The position numbers and the translations under genes were made by a program. 64,000 nucleotides of DNA from the IMG/VR virus record IMGVR_UViG_3300021960_000027, positions 1-64,000 of that record; one strand, 5' to 3'. The DNA comes from a virus. Below are positions 35,934 to 46,903 of the stretch, piece by piece. Positions within the stretch are counted from its first letter, which is position 1, and each line of letters starts with the position of its first letter. The notes under the pieces are model-generated. The model did not search any database and had not been told where the DNA came from. It saw only the letters and a list, made by a program, of their open reading frames with translations.

Positions 35934-38459
35934 ATGCCTACTCCATCTGACATTGTTTCCCAAATGCGAACATCGCTTTCGATTAGCGAACCTGATTTGG
36001 ATACGTCCATTGGGACACCGATTAGAAAGATTCTTGATGTTGTCGGAGAGGCAATCGCAGAGGCGTACATTGACAGTTACCTAACTTCGTATCAATATGA
36101 CATTGATGCTCGCTCAGGCTCTGACCTAGATAGTTTTGTCTCACTGTTCGGATTTTCCCGACAGCAGGCGCGTAGGTCAACGGGAACTGTTGTGCTACAG
36201 CGTAACTCACCTGCCGAATCAGCGTTTTTGATTCCTGTTGGGACGCAGTTCGCTACTTCGACCTCGCCGGTTTACGTTGTTCAAACATTGTCTGCAAACG
36301 TATTTCCTCAGGGTGCGACAAGCATTTCGGTAACCGTGCAGGCATCTGTTGCTGGTGCTACCGGCAACATCACGGCGAACTCTTTGACCAGAAGCGTGAC
36401 GAGTCTTTCTGGTATTACCGCTCTCACAAACCCAGCACCATTGTCTGGTGGTTCTGACGCTGAGTCCGATGAGCAGTTGCGCGATCGCTTTAAGAAGTCA
36501 GTGTTCCGCAACCTTTCTGGAACCGAAGACATGTTTTTGGGTGTTGCCCTTGACGATGAGGACACGATTGCCGCGACCGTTATCGGACCATCTGAAAATT
36601 GGACGGAACAAATTGAAATGGTTTCTGGCGTTGCAACTTCTATCGCGGCTCCAGTTCTTGCAAAGTACAAACTTCAAAATGTCAACAGTGTCGTTACCGG
36701 AACGGTCAATCTTGTTACAGCAGATCACGTTTTGTCTGTTGGGGATACCGTTCGTATCTATGGCATAACCTCAACTAATAGTTCGGATGTATTGCCCAAT
36801 GGTTCTTGGATTATTAGAGATGTTGGTGGTGGGGCAGGAACTGAGGCTGATATTTACTTGCAATCGCTAGATGGCGAAACTGTATGGTATGAAACGCTGG
36901 CTGGAACAATCGGTGTTGCTGATGCGTATTTGGAGAAACTTGACCGGATTAAATACATTTACCCAAGTGGATATGCATTTGGTGCCGACCTTAAGGGCGG
37001 GGATTTTTTGACCCCAAACGTGCATTATCAGTTTGATTACACGGCGGTTCCCCCGACTGTTACCAGTTTAGATTCCGACAACTGCCCAGATGGTATCTAC
37101 GAACTTTCATTTAACTATGTCCCCCAATCTTCGCGAAGCAATCCCCCTCAGGGGATTAGTAACACGGTAGACATTTACGTTTCTGGACAGCGTTCTGTTC
37201 AAGGTACTGAAATTGCAATTATTGACGGACGGGTGGTTGCGGAACTTCCATCTGAAACCAACTCATACAAGAATTTCACTAGAAACGATGGTTCGTTTGC
37301 TGAAGCGGGAAATGCGATTGCTCGCCTTTCCTTCCAGCCAACCATTAATCTTCCAAGCACACTGACTGTTCACTCTTCAACCTTGCAGTTAAACACAGAT
37401 TATTGGGCTGTTTCTGACCGAACCGTGACTTCTGGAGCATGGGATTCTTTTGGTGGAATTGAGTTTAGTGCAAGTTCTCTGCCGTTATCAGCAGAAATTT
37501 CTTCATCAACTAACGCATCTCCGATTGTTATCACCACCAATGCCTCTCATACATTTTTAACAGGAATGCGAGTTTTGGTAGAGAACCATGACAACACGGG
37601 AGCGAATGGAATTTTTACTGTCCAAGCGGTAACAAGTACAACCATCACCCTTGCTGATTCAACGGGAACTGGAACTGGAACTGCAACAGGGAACGTTTAT
37701 TTGTATCAGCCAGTAACGGTTCAGTATGACTACAACGAGATTCCGCGTGATGTTCAGTCAGAGGCAGAGTCTTGGCGAATGATTACTACAGACGTAATGG
37801 TTCACTACGGCAATCCGATTCTGTTAAAAATGAATCTTGCTGTCATTCTTCGTCCCGGCTATTCACTGTCTAGTGTTCAAAGCGCAGTTGAAAACAGCAT
37901 TAATACATATCTTGATAGCCTTGAATTTGGCGGTCAGGCTCAGATAAGTGACTTACTGAATGTGATAGGTGACGTTACCGGAATTGATGCAGTACGAATT
38001 CTTTCTTCTAGGGATGTAGATTCACTGCCCATTTCTTCCGTTGACGGAAACACATCAAGTCTTCTCAACACTGGAACTATCGACATTACTTTTTCTTCTG
38101 CCCACGGACTCAGTGAAGGAGACACCGTTTATGTCTCAGAAGCACTTTTTAACTACAACGCTGGTGGGTCTTACTATCCGATTGACGGAGCATGGGTTGT
38201 TGAATCTGTACCCGACAGCGTAACTATTCGCATGTCTGGAGACATTGGCATTTATGGTTATTTAAGTGGTGGAACGGTTTACACCGAAGACTTTGGTATC
38301 CAGCGAATGAACATAGATGGCTCTCCATCTAAAGTTCTTTATGTTACAGAAGATGCCCCTCATCGTGCCACTGACATTTTGTCTAACGGTAGAGAGTTCT
38401 TTGACCTTCACTCCGTGGTAATGACTGTGAAAGCGGCCAATACTTGGGGGAGCGCGTGA
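35934..38459 (+). CDS. baseplate J-like protein
   Basis: R..A..STG.V, IPVGT, G..GN, GG.DAESDEQLR.R. Confidence 0.85.
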   Translation: MPTPSDIVSQMRTSLSISEPDLDTSIGTPIRKILDVVGEAIAEAYIDSYLTSYQYDIDARSGSDLDSFVSLFGFSRQQARRSTGTVVLQRNSPAESAFLIPVGTQFATSTSPVYVVQTLSANVFPQGATSISVTVQASVAGATGNITANSLTRSVTSLSGITALTNPAPLSGGSDAESDEQLRDRFKKSVFRNLSGTEDMFLGVALDDEDTIAATVIGPSENWTEQIEMVSGVATSIAAPVLAKYKLQNVNSVVTGTVNLVTADHVLSVGDTVRIYGITSTNSSDVLPNGSWIIRDVGGGAGTEADIYLQSLDGETVWYETLAGTIGVADAYLEKLDRIKYIYPSGYAFGADLKGGDFLTPNVHYQFDYTAVPPTVTSLDSDNCPDGIYELSFNYVPQSSRSNPPQGISNTVDIYVSGQRSVQGTEIAIIDGRVVAELPSETNSYKNFTRNDGSFAEAGNAIARLSFQPTINLPSTLTVHSSTLQLNTDYWAVSDRTVTSGAWDSFGGIEFSASSLPLSAEISSSTNASPIVITTNASHTFLTGMRVLVENHDNTGANGIFTVQAVTSTTITLADSTGTGTGTATGNVYLYQPVTVQYDYNEIPRDVQSEAESWRMITTDVMVHYGNPILLKMNLAVILRPGYSLSSVQSAVENSINTYLDSLEFGGQAQISDLLNVIGDVTGIDAVRILSSRDVDSLPISSVDGNTSSLLNTGTIDITFSSAHGLSEGDTVYVSEALFNYNAGGSYYPIDGAWVVESVPDSVTIRMSGDIGIYGYLSGGTVYTEDFGIQRMNIDGSPSKVLYVTEDAPHRATDILSNGREFFDLHSVVMTVKAANTWGSA

Positions 38460-41400
38460 GTGACTTAATCCGTTACCAAACGGGCAATCAGGCTTCTCCC
38501 ACTCCAGTTGGGTTTACTGAAGTAACTAATCCACTACATCCAGCGCAAAGAATCGCTTCTCGCCTCGCGCATTTTCCAGAAAACTATAACCTGAACGCAG
38601 AATCTCACCTCAGCAAGTTGCTCAAGGTTCTTCTGGGAGATAGCGGTGTGGGTTCACTACACAAGCGAATGATGTTGACTCGCCTTCAATCGCATCTTGG
38701 TTCAACCCACTTGTTTGACCTTGATGCTTTTTACGGATCAATTTTTGGCGCATACCGACGTTCTGATGAAGACATATTGGTTGACCCAATGCTTGAGGCT
38801 CAGTCTCCAGCACAATGGGATCAAACTGTTATTCGTGATGCTTCCTATCGAAGCCGAGTAGAGCAATTTGCTAAGGCAGTAAACCTTGGGGCAACAAAGG
38901 ATGGCATTGAGGTTGCCGCGGAAGCACTGCTTGGCGTTGATGTTGAAGTTCGTGAGTCTTGGATTATCGATGACCTCATCACCAATAGGTGGAGTTCTCT
39001 TGATGGAATAAATTATTCAGTTCTAAGCGAAAATACTTATCGCCAACATGAATCATCTGCTCCGCTCTATTCGCTGTCAGCAATTCGCACTACCGGACCG
39101 ATTAAGAATCGCCATCAAATTCGTATTTTCCCAAAGAGAAAACTTTCACTTGAGGAACGTTGGGACACAGCACGGGTTTTGGATCGTATCAAGCCAGCAG
39201 GTTCAGTGGTTGAAATTGATGATTCCGGCTTTGATGCTTACTCCGATGTTCGCATCGCCTCTGTTGTTTCTGATAGCGAACACTGGAAGATAAGGACTCT
39301 TATCTCTAATTCGCTAATCGATGGAATCAATTTGTACGACGAATTGAGTGATTCGTCTGGAGAATACTCTGAGAAGCCGTACACCCCGTGGGGGGAATAC
39401 CAAGGCGAGGCGTGGTCGTACATTACTAATGCCCCAACTGCGGTTGCGTTTACTGCTAATTCCGATTTTTCTGACTCAGAAAGGGTCGATCCTTCTTCCA
39501 GCGCATTGACCGTTCAGCGGAGCATTACAGCATCTGGAACAATTAACTTTTTGCCAGAATATTCTCTTTTGCCGATTCAAAGCCTTCTTTCTGGCAGATC
39601 AGTTTCAGAGGGAGTATCTGCTTCAAACCCATATTCTGGCCTAAGAAACTCTTCTGGTTCCTCAACTGCCCCCTCTGTTTTAATTGATGGAGCAAAATCA
39701 AGTGCATTAAGCAAGGTTGCTCCGCTTAAAGAATCAATCAATAAATTGGGGGCACGATTCTGGGTTACGCCAGACAGGGACTGGTGGGACACTGCACGCG
39801 ACGCACTAGAGATTCGTTTTGCAAACCCTGAATGGGTTAACTACATCGATGGTTATGTATCAAAATTCCCGTCGAATTTTAAGGTTCAGGCGTGGGACGA
39901 AATTGAGGGAACTTGGCGAACTGTTCTGACTCGCAGAATTGTAGATTCAAACCCATCTTCTGTATTTAGCCTTCCGCACGAAGGTGAGTCGGGTGAGCAT
40001 TCAAGTTATCCAGAACACTGGCGCAGAATTAATATCAAAATTTCGCCCGTTTACACATCGCACGTTCGCATCGTGTTTTCCCGTTTTGGAGAGTTTGTGA
40101 ACGGCTATCCTCACATTACTCAAATTACTGGGACTGAGTATGGTGTATGGAAAATTGAAGGCTCTGTCCACAAAGTCCTTGTCAGCATGGATGAAAATCT
40201 TTCAATTTCTGCGCTGGAAGATAAGTACCTTTCAGGTGGGGCACTGGTCAATCCAGAGGCAGAGAAAACTCGCCTGAAGGATTTTTCCCGTCAAATATGT
40301 CGCCCACCAAAAAACAGGGGAGGGGACAACGTTGCATATTCGCTGGCAGTTAAAAATGTAGATATTGGTTTCCGATTGGCATCACTAAACGATGTCCCAT
40401 TTTCGTTCACCAACTTGAACGCCCCCGTTGCCACAGTCAAAAACATTGCAGGTCAATCGGTTAATCATTACATTGAGCGTTACCCAGCCAAAAACATTCT
40501 TTCCAATGCGGGAACATTTTGGAAGTGTTCCCCGCAGATTTCTGGTAACGCTATTGCCAACCTTTATTTAGATGTTCGGGATATTGACGGGAACGCCCAG
40601 ACAGTTTCCGCATTTGACGTTGACCCAATTACCGTTGGGGCGACGGTCAACATTTACTACAGCAACACTGAAGAGAACATTGACTTCACCAATGGTGTTC
40701 CAGACGACTCCAATATTGATCCACTATTTGTCCACGGCAACATTCTTCCCCCTCTTGAGGGCGAGCCATTTACATTCCCAATAACAGATAATGCTTGGAT
40801 TGATGTAAGCAACAGTGGAACTCAGTGGAATCCGACCACACAAAGTTGGTGGTCTGGAGTTCAGTTTGTTGCTCAAGCAGATTCGACAGCGTTTACCGAC
40901 TCAACCCCGTGGACGGCAGGAACTGGGTATTCGTCTTGGCTGGGAGAGGTTGGAACAGCAATTTCCTCTGGCTCAATCATATTTAGAGTCAACGATGTTT
41001 CTGCTTCGGGTTCAATAACTTTTTCTGAGGGTGACACCGTCACGTTTACCACAACATGTGTTGTTGGTTCCGGTAGTGAAATTAGCCTGACTCTGCGCTA
41101 TTCGGTTAATGACGGCGAAGCCACTGTTGTCACATCTTCAGGAACTTCATCACTGAACTTGTCGCCATCTTTTATTAGATTCGGGCATTCATCGAATGAC
41201 GATCTGTTAGATGCCCCGTTCCCAGCAACACTCAATCATTTCTGCCTGCAATATGGAACCGCTCCAGCAGAGTTTTTGAACACGCCAAGTCTTTGGACTC
41301 GCAACGTGATCGGATCAGATAACTTTTTCGATAACGACAACCCGTCCAGCAACATTTTGGGTTCTCTCATTCGTTTGTCTGGGGCAAACGTTTCTGATAC

Positions 41401-43315
41401 ATCGACCTTTACTCGCTCAAGCAACAAGTGGGGAATTGTTGGTGGCGCACTCAACATCTTTGACCAGATGTCTTGGACACCTATCCCCAGAGACTATGTG
41501 GTGCGACGAGGAATCCTTCGCATCCCGTCTACCCCAGCACAATTCTTTAAAATGGAATTCAGTTCGCTTAACCCAGAGCCATTTGAACCATTTTTGAAAA
41601 TCAATCGTCGTGTTAAAACAATGCCATCTTTGGGTACGGCACAGCCGGGAACGTCCGGGGTTGAGCAAACAGAACAGCAGAAAACTGCACTTGCTTTGTC
41701 AAGCCGTTCACGATTTTCTGACACCATTTTCCAGTCGTTTGGGCAATCATATTCTGGCGTTCGCCTGCCAACTGCTGGTTTTTCTTCAGACAGTCTTGAG
41801 GTTTCTGCTGATCTTCGTAGAAACGGGGGCTTCGCCTACAACATGGTTCAGTGGCAACCAAATCCGATTGCCATCACAAACCATCAGTCGGGGGTTCACT
41901 CATACAACGTCGACACTGTCCCTCACGAAAATAAGGTTGCATTTTTTGTAGCAATCAAGAGCATTAAGGCTTTGCGCTCGGACTACTCGGTTCCAGATAA
42001 CACATCCACCTACGAAGATTTGTATTGGGATACGCGATCAGTAGACGAATCACTGACTGACATGACTCACTATTCTAGTGGCTACTACTCAACTGGCAGT
42101 GATCCTGCACCACTGTTGTTGACTAACTCAGAGACTGTTCGTGGAAAAGTTTTTGAGTCACAACAGCCAGTTGTTGCAGTTCAATTCGCTACCCACCAAT
42201 CAGATTCTGTTCAAGTAATTGAAGACGACCTTTTTAAGAACCCTGAATTGTACGAATATGATTTTGACAACACGGACAGTTGGCACTCAGTTGGCAACGG
42301 GTTTGTCTATTACGACACCGATGCACGATGCGCTACTGTTGTTCGCGGTGGAAGTACGTCCTCTACAATTTTGAATGGGTCGTCGGATACGGTTGAAACC
42401 GGAAGCGTCACGATTGGCGGTATCCAGTCAAAACTCGTACCTGTTTCACCAAGCGGAATGCTTTCGGTGGCATGCCGAGTTGTTTGCCCTAAGTCGTTGC
42501 GCTCTCCGCTGTACATCCAAATTGTTGGCTCTGACTCTTCTACTGTTATTTCAGAAAAAGAGTTCACGCCAACCGCTAACTCAATTTGGGAAGAAACACA
42601 CCAGTACATTTTGGGTGCATATCCATCGCTAGACCAGTCGGTTCACGTTCGGGTTGTTCAAAAAGAGTCTTATCAAGACTCTTGGCAGGTGTTTGCCATT
42701 TCACTTTTTGACGATTCTTGTCTATGGGAGTTCAGCAACACCTCTGGCGACACTTGGGTTCCTGCCTATGGAATACGAAATAACCAGAACGGAATCATTC
42801 GATTCCCCACTCCCGGCGCATCGTTGACGTATCGATTTACGGCACACAGGAAGAACATCAACTTGTCGTATGTCAAAATTAAGCCGTGGTATCAGGGTCG
42901 TGTTTTAGGAAAGAAATCGTTCCCACAGCGTGGACCAAACATGAGCATTTACGATGACCAGTTGCCTATCACTAGCGACCCAGACTTTACGACATGGACA
43001 AATCCTGTTCCTCAATCTTGGTTCACTCGTTACGAGCGAATCTTCAACGTAGAAACAGAAACCCTCTTTGGTAATACCAGATACCTGTCGGCTTACCGTC
43101 GTGAAGCAGGCGAAACAGTATCTGTTGCGGATCAAAGCATTGTTGATTCATCTCAACTCATTCGCTCCCCACAAGAGAACGTTGGGGTCACAGATACTTC
43201 TGTCAGAACCGCACATTACACTCGCAATGCATCAGAGTCGATTACCACCTCTGATGAGTCGTCCTTCTACCTACACACGGATGGAATTGCGACTGACCCA
43301 GTTGAGCCGGTCTGA
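38456..43315 (+). CDS. large baseplate wedge / tail protein
   Basis: 1623 aa; DLD.FYG, D.SYRSR, G.T..GI, RIKPAG. Confidence 0.75.
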   Translation: MSDLIRYQTGNQASPTPVGFTEVTNPLHPAQRIASRLAHFPENYNLNAESHLSKLLKVLLGDSGVGSLHKRMMLTRLQSHLGSTHLFDLDAFYGSIFGAYRRSDEDILVDPMLEAQSPAQWDQTVIRDASYRSRVEQFAKAVNLGATKDGIEVAAEALLGVDVEVRESWIIDDLITNRWSSLDGINYSVLSENTYRQHESSAPLYSLSAIRTTGPIKNRHQIRIFPKRKLSLEERWDTARVLDRIKPAGSVVEIDDSGFDAYSDVRIASVVSDSEHWKIRTLISNSLIDGINLYDELSDSSGEYSEKPYTPWGEYQGEAWSYITNAPTAVAFTANSDFSDSERVDPSSSALTVQRSITASGTINFLPEYSLLPIQSLLSGRSVSEGVSASNPYSGLRNSSGSSTAPSVLIDGAKSSALSKVAPLKESINKLGARFWVTPDRDWWDTARDALEIRFANPEWVNYIDGYVSKFPSNFKVQAWDEIEGTWRTVLTRRIVDSNPSSVFSLPHEGESGEHSSYPEHWRRINIKISPVYTSHVRIVFSRFGEFVNGYPHITQITGTEYGVWKIEGSVHKVLVSMDENLSISALEDKYLSGGALVNPEAEKTRLKDFSRQICRPPKNRGGDNVAYSLAVKNVDIGFRLASLNDVPFSFTNLNAPVATVKNIAGQSVNHYIERYPAKNILSNAGTFWKCSPQISGNAIANLYLDVRDIDGNAQTVSAFDVDPITVGATVNIYYSNTEENIDFTNGVPDDSNIDPLFVHGNILPPLEGEPFTFPITDNAWIDVSNSGTQWNPTTQSWWSGVQFVAQADSTAFTDSTPWTAGTGYSSWLGEVGTAISSGSIIFRVNDVSASGSITFSEGDTVTFTTTCVVGSGSEISLTLRYSVNDGEATVVTSSGTSSLNLSPSFIRFGHSSNDDLLDAPFPATLNHFCLQYGTAPAEFLNTPSLWTRNVIGSDNFFDNDNPSSNILGSLIRLSGANVSDTSTFTRSSNKWGIVGGALNIFDQMSWTPIPRDYVVRRGILRIPSTPAQFFKMEFSSLNPEPFEPFLKINRRVKTMPSLGTAQPGTSGVEQTEQQKTALALSSRSRFSDTIFQSFGQSYSGVRLPTAGFSSDSLEVSADLRRNGGFAYNMVQWQPNPIAITNHQSGVHSYNVDTVPHENKVAFFVAIKSIKALRSDYSVPDNTSTYEDLYWDTRSVDESLTDMTHYSSGYYSTGSDPAPLLLTNSETVRGKVFESQQPVVAVQFATHQSDSVQVIEDDLFKNPELYEYDFDNTDSWHSVGNGFVYYDTDARCATVVRGGSTSSTILNGSSDTVETGSVTIGGIQSKLVPVSPSGMLSVACRVVCPKSLRSPLYIQIVGSDSSTVISEKEFTPTANSIWEETHQYILGAYPSLDQSVHVRVVQKESYQDSWQVFAISLFDDSCLWEFSNTSGDTWVPAYGIRNNQNGIIRFPTPGASLTYRFTAHRKNINLSYVKIKPWYQGRVLGKKSFPQRGPNMSIYDDQLPITSDPDFTTWTNPVPQSWFTRYERIFNVETETLFGNTRYLSAYRREAGETVSVADQSIVDSSQLIRSPQENVGVTDTSVRTAHYTRNASESITTSDESSFYLHTDGIATDPVEPV

Positions 43316-43350
43316 TAGACACAATCTTTCTAAATTGATACCATAACTTA

Positions 43351-44886
43351 ATGCCGCTTTACTTTTCTGATCGCGGTTTGTACCCATTTCAGGCCGACCA
43401 CATTGCTGTCGCCATGACACGCCCAAATAACTTGATGGCTTGGGATACAGGATTGGGTAAAACTCACGGGGCAATGGCTACTGCATCTTTTCTTATTGAA
43501 GATGGAGTTATTGACTATTTGCTGATGGTTGTTGAGCGCAACAAAATGAAGGAATGGGCAGAAGACTTTAGGGCATTTACTGATCTTGAAGTTGCTATTT
43601 ACGACGGGACACCTAAGCGAAGACAAAAACTCTTAGTCGAACTCCCTCAGGTTCTCATTGCGACGTATGAAACTGCTCGCCAAGACATGGTCAAGAAAGA
43701 CCCTGCGGATTCTCGCAAACTTTCACCCAACGTGTTGACTGATGCTTACTTAGGTAAGCGAATCATGGTCGCATACGACGAGATGGCAAAGTTGGGCAAC
43801 CGAAAGAGCCTTCTTCATCGGGCGCACTCACTTGCCATTAAGAACTGGAGGGAATCAGGAGAGTGCAGAGTCCTTGGATTGACGGCAACACCAATGGAAA
43901 GAAACCCTGTCAACTACTACAACCTTGGCAGAATCCTAACTCCAGACACGATTGGCACAGTAAGCCAATTCACAAAAGAACACGTTTTGGACTACGACAT
44001 GTTTGGCAACCCTAACAAGTTCTTCAATTTGCCTTCGCTGGCTAAGAAAATGGAGCCGGTCTTGCTTCGTAAAAGAAAGACTGACCCAGATGTCATTGAC
44101 CAGTTCCCCAAAATGGTTGAGCGATTTTCGTACATTGACATGGAGCCAGAGCAAAAGCGTTTTTACGATGAGGTAAAAGATTATTTGATTTATCAGGACG
44201 ACCCATTGCTAGACCAAGTTGGATTTACCGTGCTACGAATGATCGCAGGGCACCCAGCCTCGCTTCTCTCATCGGAAGGCGAACTCGCTAATCAGTTCGT
44301 CCAATCGGTGGGAGTCGAAGCAATCAAAGGAATGGGTTCGGCAAAAATCGATGCGCTAGTCGATCATTTAAATGAGGTTGTTGTTGGTCAGGGAGCGCAG
44401 GTTGTTGTTTTCTCTTACTATGTTTCTATTATCGAACTGATTGCAAAAACTTTGAAAAAAGAAGGAATCTCTTTCTCCGTCAACCACGGGCAGATGTCTT
44501 CAACAGCAAGAGAGCAGTCAAAGAGTGAATTTCGCAGTGGCGCAGTTAATGTGTTTCTTACCAGTAGTGCTGGCGAGCGAGGAATCAATCTTCCAGAGGC
44601 AACGTACGTTGTAAACTTTGATTTGCCGACTAAGCACACTTCTTACCTTCAGCGTCTCAATCGCATCAGTCGAATTGGTAACGTAAAAAGCGACATTGTT
44701 GTCGCCCATTCGTACATTGTTAGAGACAGCATTGAAGAAGGTATTGCCAAATTGTGGCTCGGCAGAAACTATCAAAGTGACATTTTGCTTGATGGCGACC
44801 ACGACGATTTAGAGGATGAATCATTTATCTCATCTTCTGACAGAAGGGCACTGCTTCGCACCGCCGAACTCCAAGGGAAGAAGTGA
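43351..44886 (+). CDS. SNF2-family helicase
   Basis: DTGLGKT, YDEMA, LTATP, GINL, QRLNRISRIG. Confidence 0.9.
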   Translation: MPLYFSDRGLYPFQADHIAVAMTRPNNLMAWDTGLGKTHGAMATASFLIEDGVIDYLLMVVERNKMKEWAEDFRAFTDLEVAIYDGTPKRRQKLLVELPQVLIATYETARQDMVKKDPADSRKLSPNVLTDAYLGKRIMVAYDEMAKLGNRKSLLHRAHSLAIKNWRESGECRVLGLTATPMERNPVNYYNLGRILTPDTIGTVSQFTKEHVLDYDMFGNPNKFFNLPSLAKKMEPVLLRKRKTDPDVIDQFPKMVERFSYIDMEPEQKRFYDEVKDYLIYQDDPLLDQVGFTVLRMIAGHPASLLSSEGELANQFVQSVGVEAIKGMGSAKIDALVDHLNEVVVGQGAQVVVFSYYVSIIELIAKTLKKEGISFSVNHGQMSSTAREQSKSEFRSGAVNVFLTSSAGERGINLPEATYVVNFDLPTKHTSYLQRLNRISRIGNVKSDIVVAHSYIVRDSIEEGIAKLWLGRNYQSDILLDGDHDDLEDESFISSSDRRALLRTAELQGKK

Positions 44887-45212
44887 TGACAACCAACTTA
44901 ATCGAACAAGCAAGTGCTTCTATTAACCAACTGGTAAACAGGCACTCGCTGGGTGACGATATTTATTGGAGTCTTTCCCCAATGCTGGTTCCTACTCCAA
45001 ACGGACCGCAAGCCGTCTACGGGTTGATGATGCACATGCGATCCCCAGTGATTGGCAACACTCTCACAACGTTCTCCATCATTGAAAACCCGCTTGACCT
45101 GTTAAACGATGATGAATTGGAACGACACGTTCAGACCGTTTGTGAAGGACTGAAGGAAAGTCGTTCTGAAATGCTCTCTTCGACCAGCCCATTACAATCG
45201 GAGATGAAATGA
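44883..45212 (+). CDS. hypothetical protein
   Basis: coupled ORF. Confidence 0.6.
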   Translation: MMTTNLIEQASASINQLVNRHSLGDDIYWSLSPMLVPTPNGPQAVYGLMMHMRSPVIGNTLTTFSIIENPLDLLNDDELERHVQTVCEGLKESRSEMLSSTSPLQSEMK

Positions 45213-45571
45213 CACAACGAATCACGACGATGATGGCTGAAATTGTTTGCGAGGTTGCCCAAAGGGGAATCTTAAATAGCGATTCTTTTTCTTACGAAGT
45301 TGGAGTCGGTCCGATGCCAACGTTTGATGAGGAAGAGGGCATGCAGTACGACATGCAGGCGTGGACGATTCTTCGACTTGATGAAGAAGAATCAAATACC
45401 TGCTCAACTATCTGCCTCGCCACTCCACTAGAAATTCTTTCCGAAGAGAACTTTCGGTCTGCCATTGAGAAGGCAGTCGTTGAAATCGAATTCAGTCGAC
45501 TCGCCTCGTCAATTATGGACGAGGAAGAGTTGATGGAGGTTGAGTTAATTATCTACGAAGATGAGGACTGA
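45209..45571 (+). CDS. hypothetical acidic protein
   Basis: ATGA overlap; GGAG RBS. Confidence 0.6.
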   Translation: MTQRITTMMAEIVCEVAQRGILNSDSFSYEVGVGPMPTFDEEEGMQYDMQAWTILRLDEEESNTCSTICLATPLEILSEENFRSAIEKAVVEIEFSRLASSIMDEEELMEVELIIYEDED

Positions 45572-46134
45572 TTGCGAGCCTTCGCCTCGCGAGCCTTAGC
45601 CATCCGCTCAACCAGAATCGCACGCTGTTCTGGAGTAAGTTCACGCTTCTTCCGTGGGGCGGTGAACTTGACCTTGAGTTTCTTGAACTCTGCCTTAAGG
45701 CTGTCGTGGGCTTCTTTGCCCATGAAGTGACGGACAAGATCAAGTTCAACCTGACAAAACCTCCAGTTGTGCTTGTTGTGCAAGCCAGCCAAGTGGTGAG
45801 CAACTTCGTGGATGACGACAAACTCTTGCCTGCCCCAAATTCCTAGCGAGATAGTTTTAACTCCCCACTCGTCGCGTGCCATCCCACCGCTTTTACCCGC
45901 TACAACCCGAATGCTCTTGCCCCACCGGATAATGCCCGAAGAGTCGTACTTCCTCTGGACGTACTTTGATGTCAGGATTTTGTCGACCATCTTCTGGCAC
46001 TCTTCGATGGTCATCGGCTGAATCTCTCGGTTGCCTACTGAACCGTACGCCGTCTTCCGATATACGGACTGCTGAATGCCAGCGTTCCGCTCTGCCTTGT
46101 AAACCTTGCTTCTCTGGCTATCTCGCTGTGACAT
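45553..46134 (-). CDS. HEXXH metallohydrolase (TIGR04338/Rv0185-like)
   Basis: RDSQRSKVYKAE, VVIHEVAHHL...H..RF; GGGAGGG RBS. Confidence 0.8.
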   Translation of the reverse strand: MSQRDSQRSKVYKAERNAGIQQSVYRKTAYGSVGNREIQPMTIEECQKMVDKILTSKYVQRKYDSSGIIRWGKSIRVVAGKSGGMARDEWGVKTISLGIWGRQEFVVIHEVAHHLAGLHNKHNWRFCQVELDLVRHFMGKEAHDSLKAEFKKLKVKFTAPRKKRELTPEQRAILVERMAKAREAKARNQSSSS

Positions 46135-46165
46135 CTTCCCTCCCGATGTGTTGGTTGATACAATG

Positions 46166-46194
46166 ATATTATCACATGGAAAAATCTGAGTCAA
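46166..46194 (-). promoter_or_regulatory. sigma70-like promoter
   Basis: minus strand TTGACT-N17-TAATAT. Confidence 0.7.
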
Positions 46195-46249
46195 ATTGTA
46201 GAATGCCGTTCGCTACCAATGATTGCTGGTACGCTGTGCTAAACAATAC

Positions 46250-46278
46250 TTGCACTGACTGTCAGGGAATGCTAAAGT
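46250..46278 (+). promoter_or_regulatory. sigma70-like promoter (extended -10)
   Basis: TTGCAC-N17-TAAAGT with TGn. Confidence 0.65.
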
Positions 46279-46299
46279 CGTCTCAGGAGGACAACCAAC

Positions 46300-46644
46300 A
46301 TGATGTACGATCCAAAGGCAATGCTCGTTTTGACCAAGCGATTGGTCGGGGAAATGAAGGGCAAGTTTTCTTCAACCCTTGACCCAGACTCAAGGCAGTA
46401 TCTCAAGGAGACGCTGGAGAATCTTTCTTCACTGAGTGGAGATCGTCAGTGCGTAAAGGTCGACCTAGAGTTCGTTACGTTCATCGACCAAGCAATGTGT
46501 CAGTGGATTGAAGAGCAGATCAGCGAGTTGTACGGCAACTACAGCGTGTCTTCAACCAAGATGCTCAACCATTTTCGTCAAGTGAAAAGCGATCTTGACG
46601 AGTCAGTCTTGGACTGGGCACGGACAGCAATTTTTACCGACTGA
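46300..46644 (+). CDS. hypothetical protein
   Basis: AGGAGG RBS. Confidence 0.65.
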   Translation: MMYDPKAMLVLTKRLVGEMKGKFSSTLDPDSRQYLKETLENLSSLSGDRQCVKVDLEFVTFIDQAMCQWIEEQISELYGNYSVSSTKMLNHFRQVKSDLDESVLDWARTAIFTD

Positions 46645-46670
46645 GAATCAACTGGGGGAAAGGAGGAACA

Positions 46671-46889
46671 GTGGCAAAAAACAATCAGCCATCAATCAAA
46701 AAGGACGTACGGAAAGTCATTCGTCGTGCTGAGGAAAGTGGATGGGTTGTTGAGTACACCCGAAATGGTCACATTAAGTGGGTGGCTCCAGACGGAGTTA
46801 CGATATTGATTTGTCCGTCAACCGGCTCTAGTCGGTCATGGAAGAATCATCTTGCTCGCTTGCGTCGACACGGGATCACAGAAAAATAA
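46671..46889 (+). CDS. HicA-like (dsRBD-fold) protein
   Basis: ..GW.V..TRNGHIKW..PDG......STGS..; 72 aa, basic; AGGAGG RBS. Confidence 0.7.
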   Translation: MAKNNQPSIKKDVRKVIRRAEESGWVVEYTRNGHIKWVAPDGVTILICPSTGSSRSWKNHLARLRRHGITEK

Positions 46890-46903
46890 TCTGTGATTTG
46901 TAT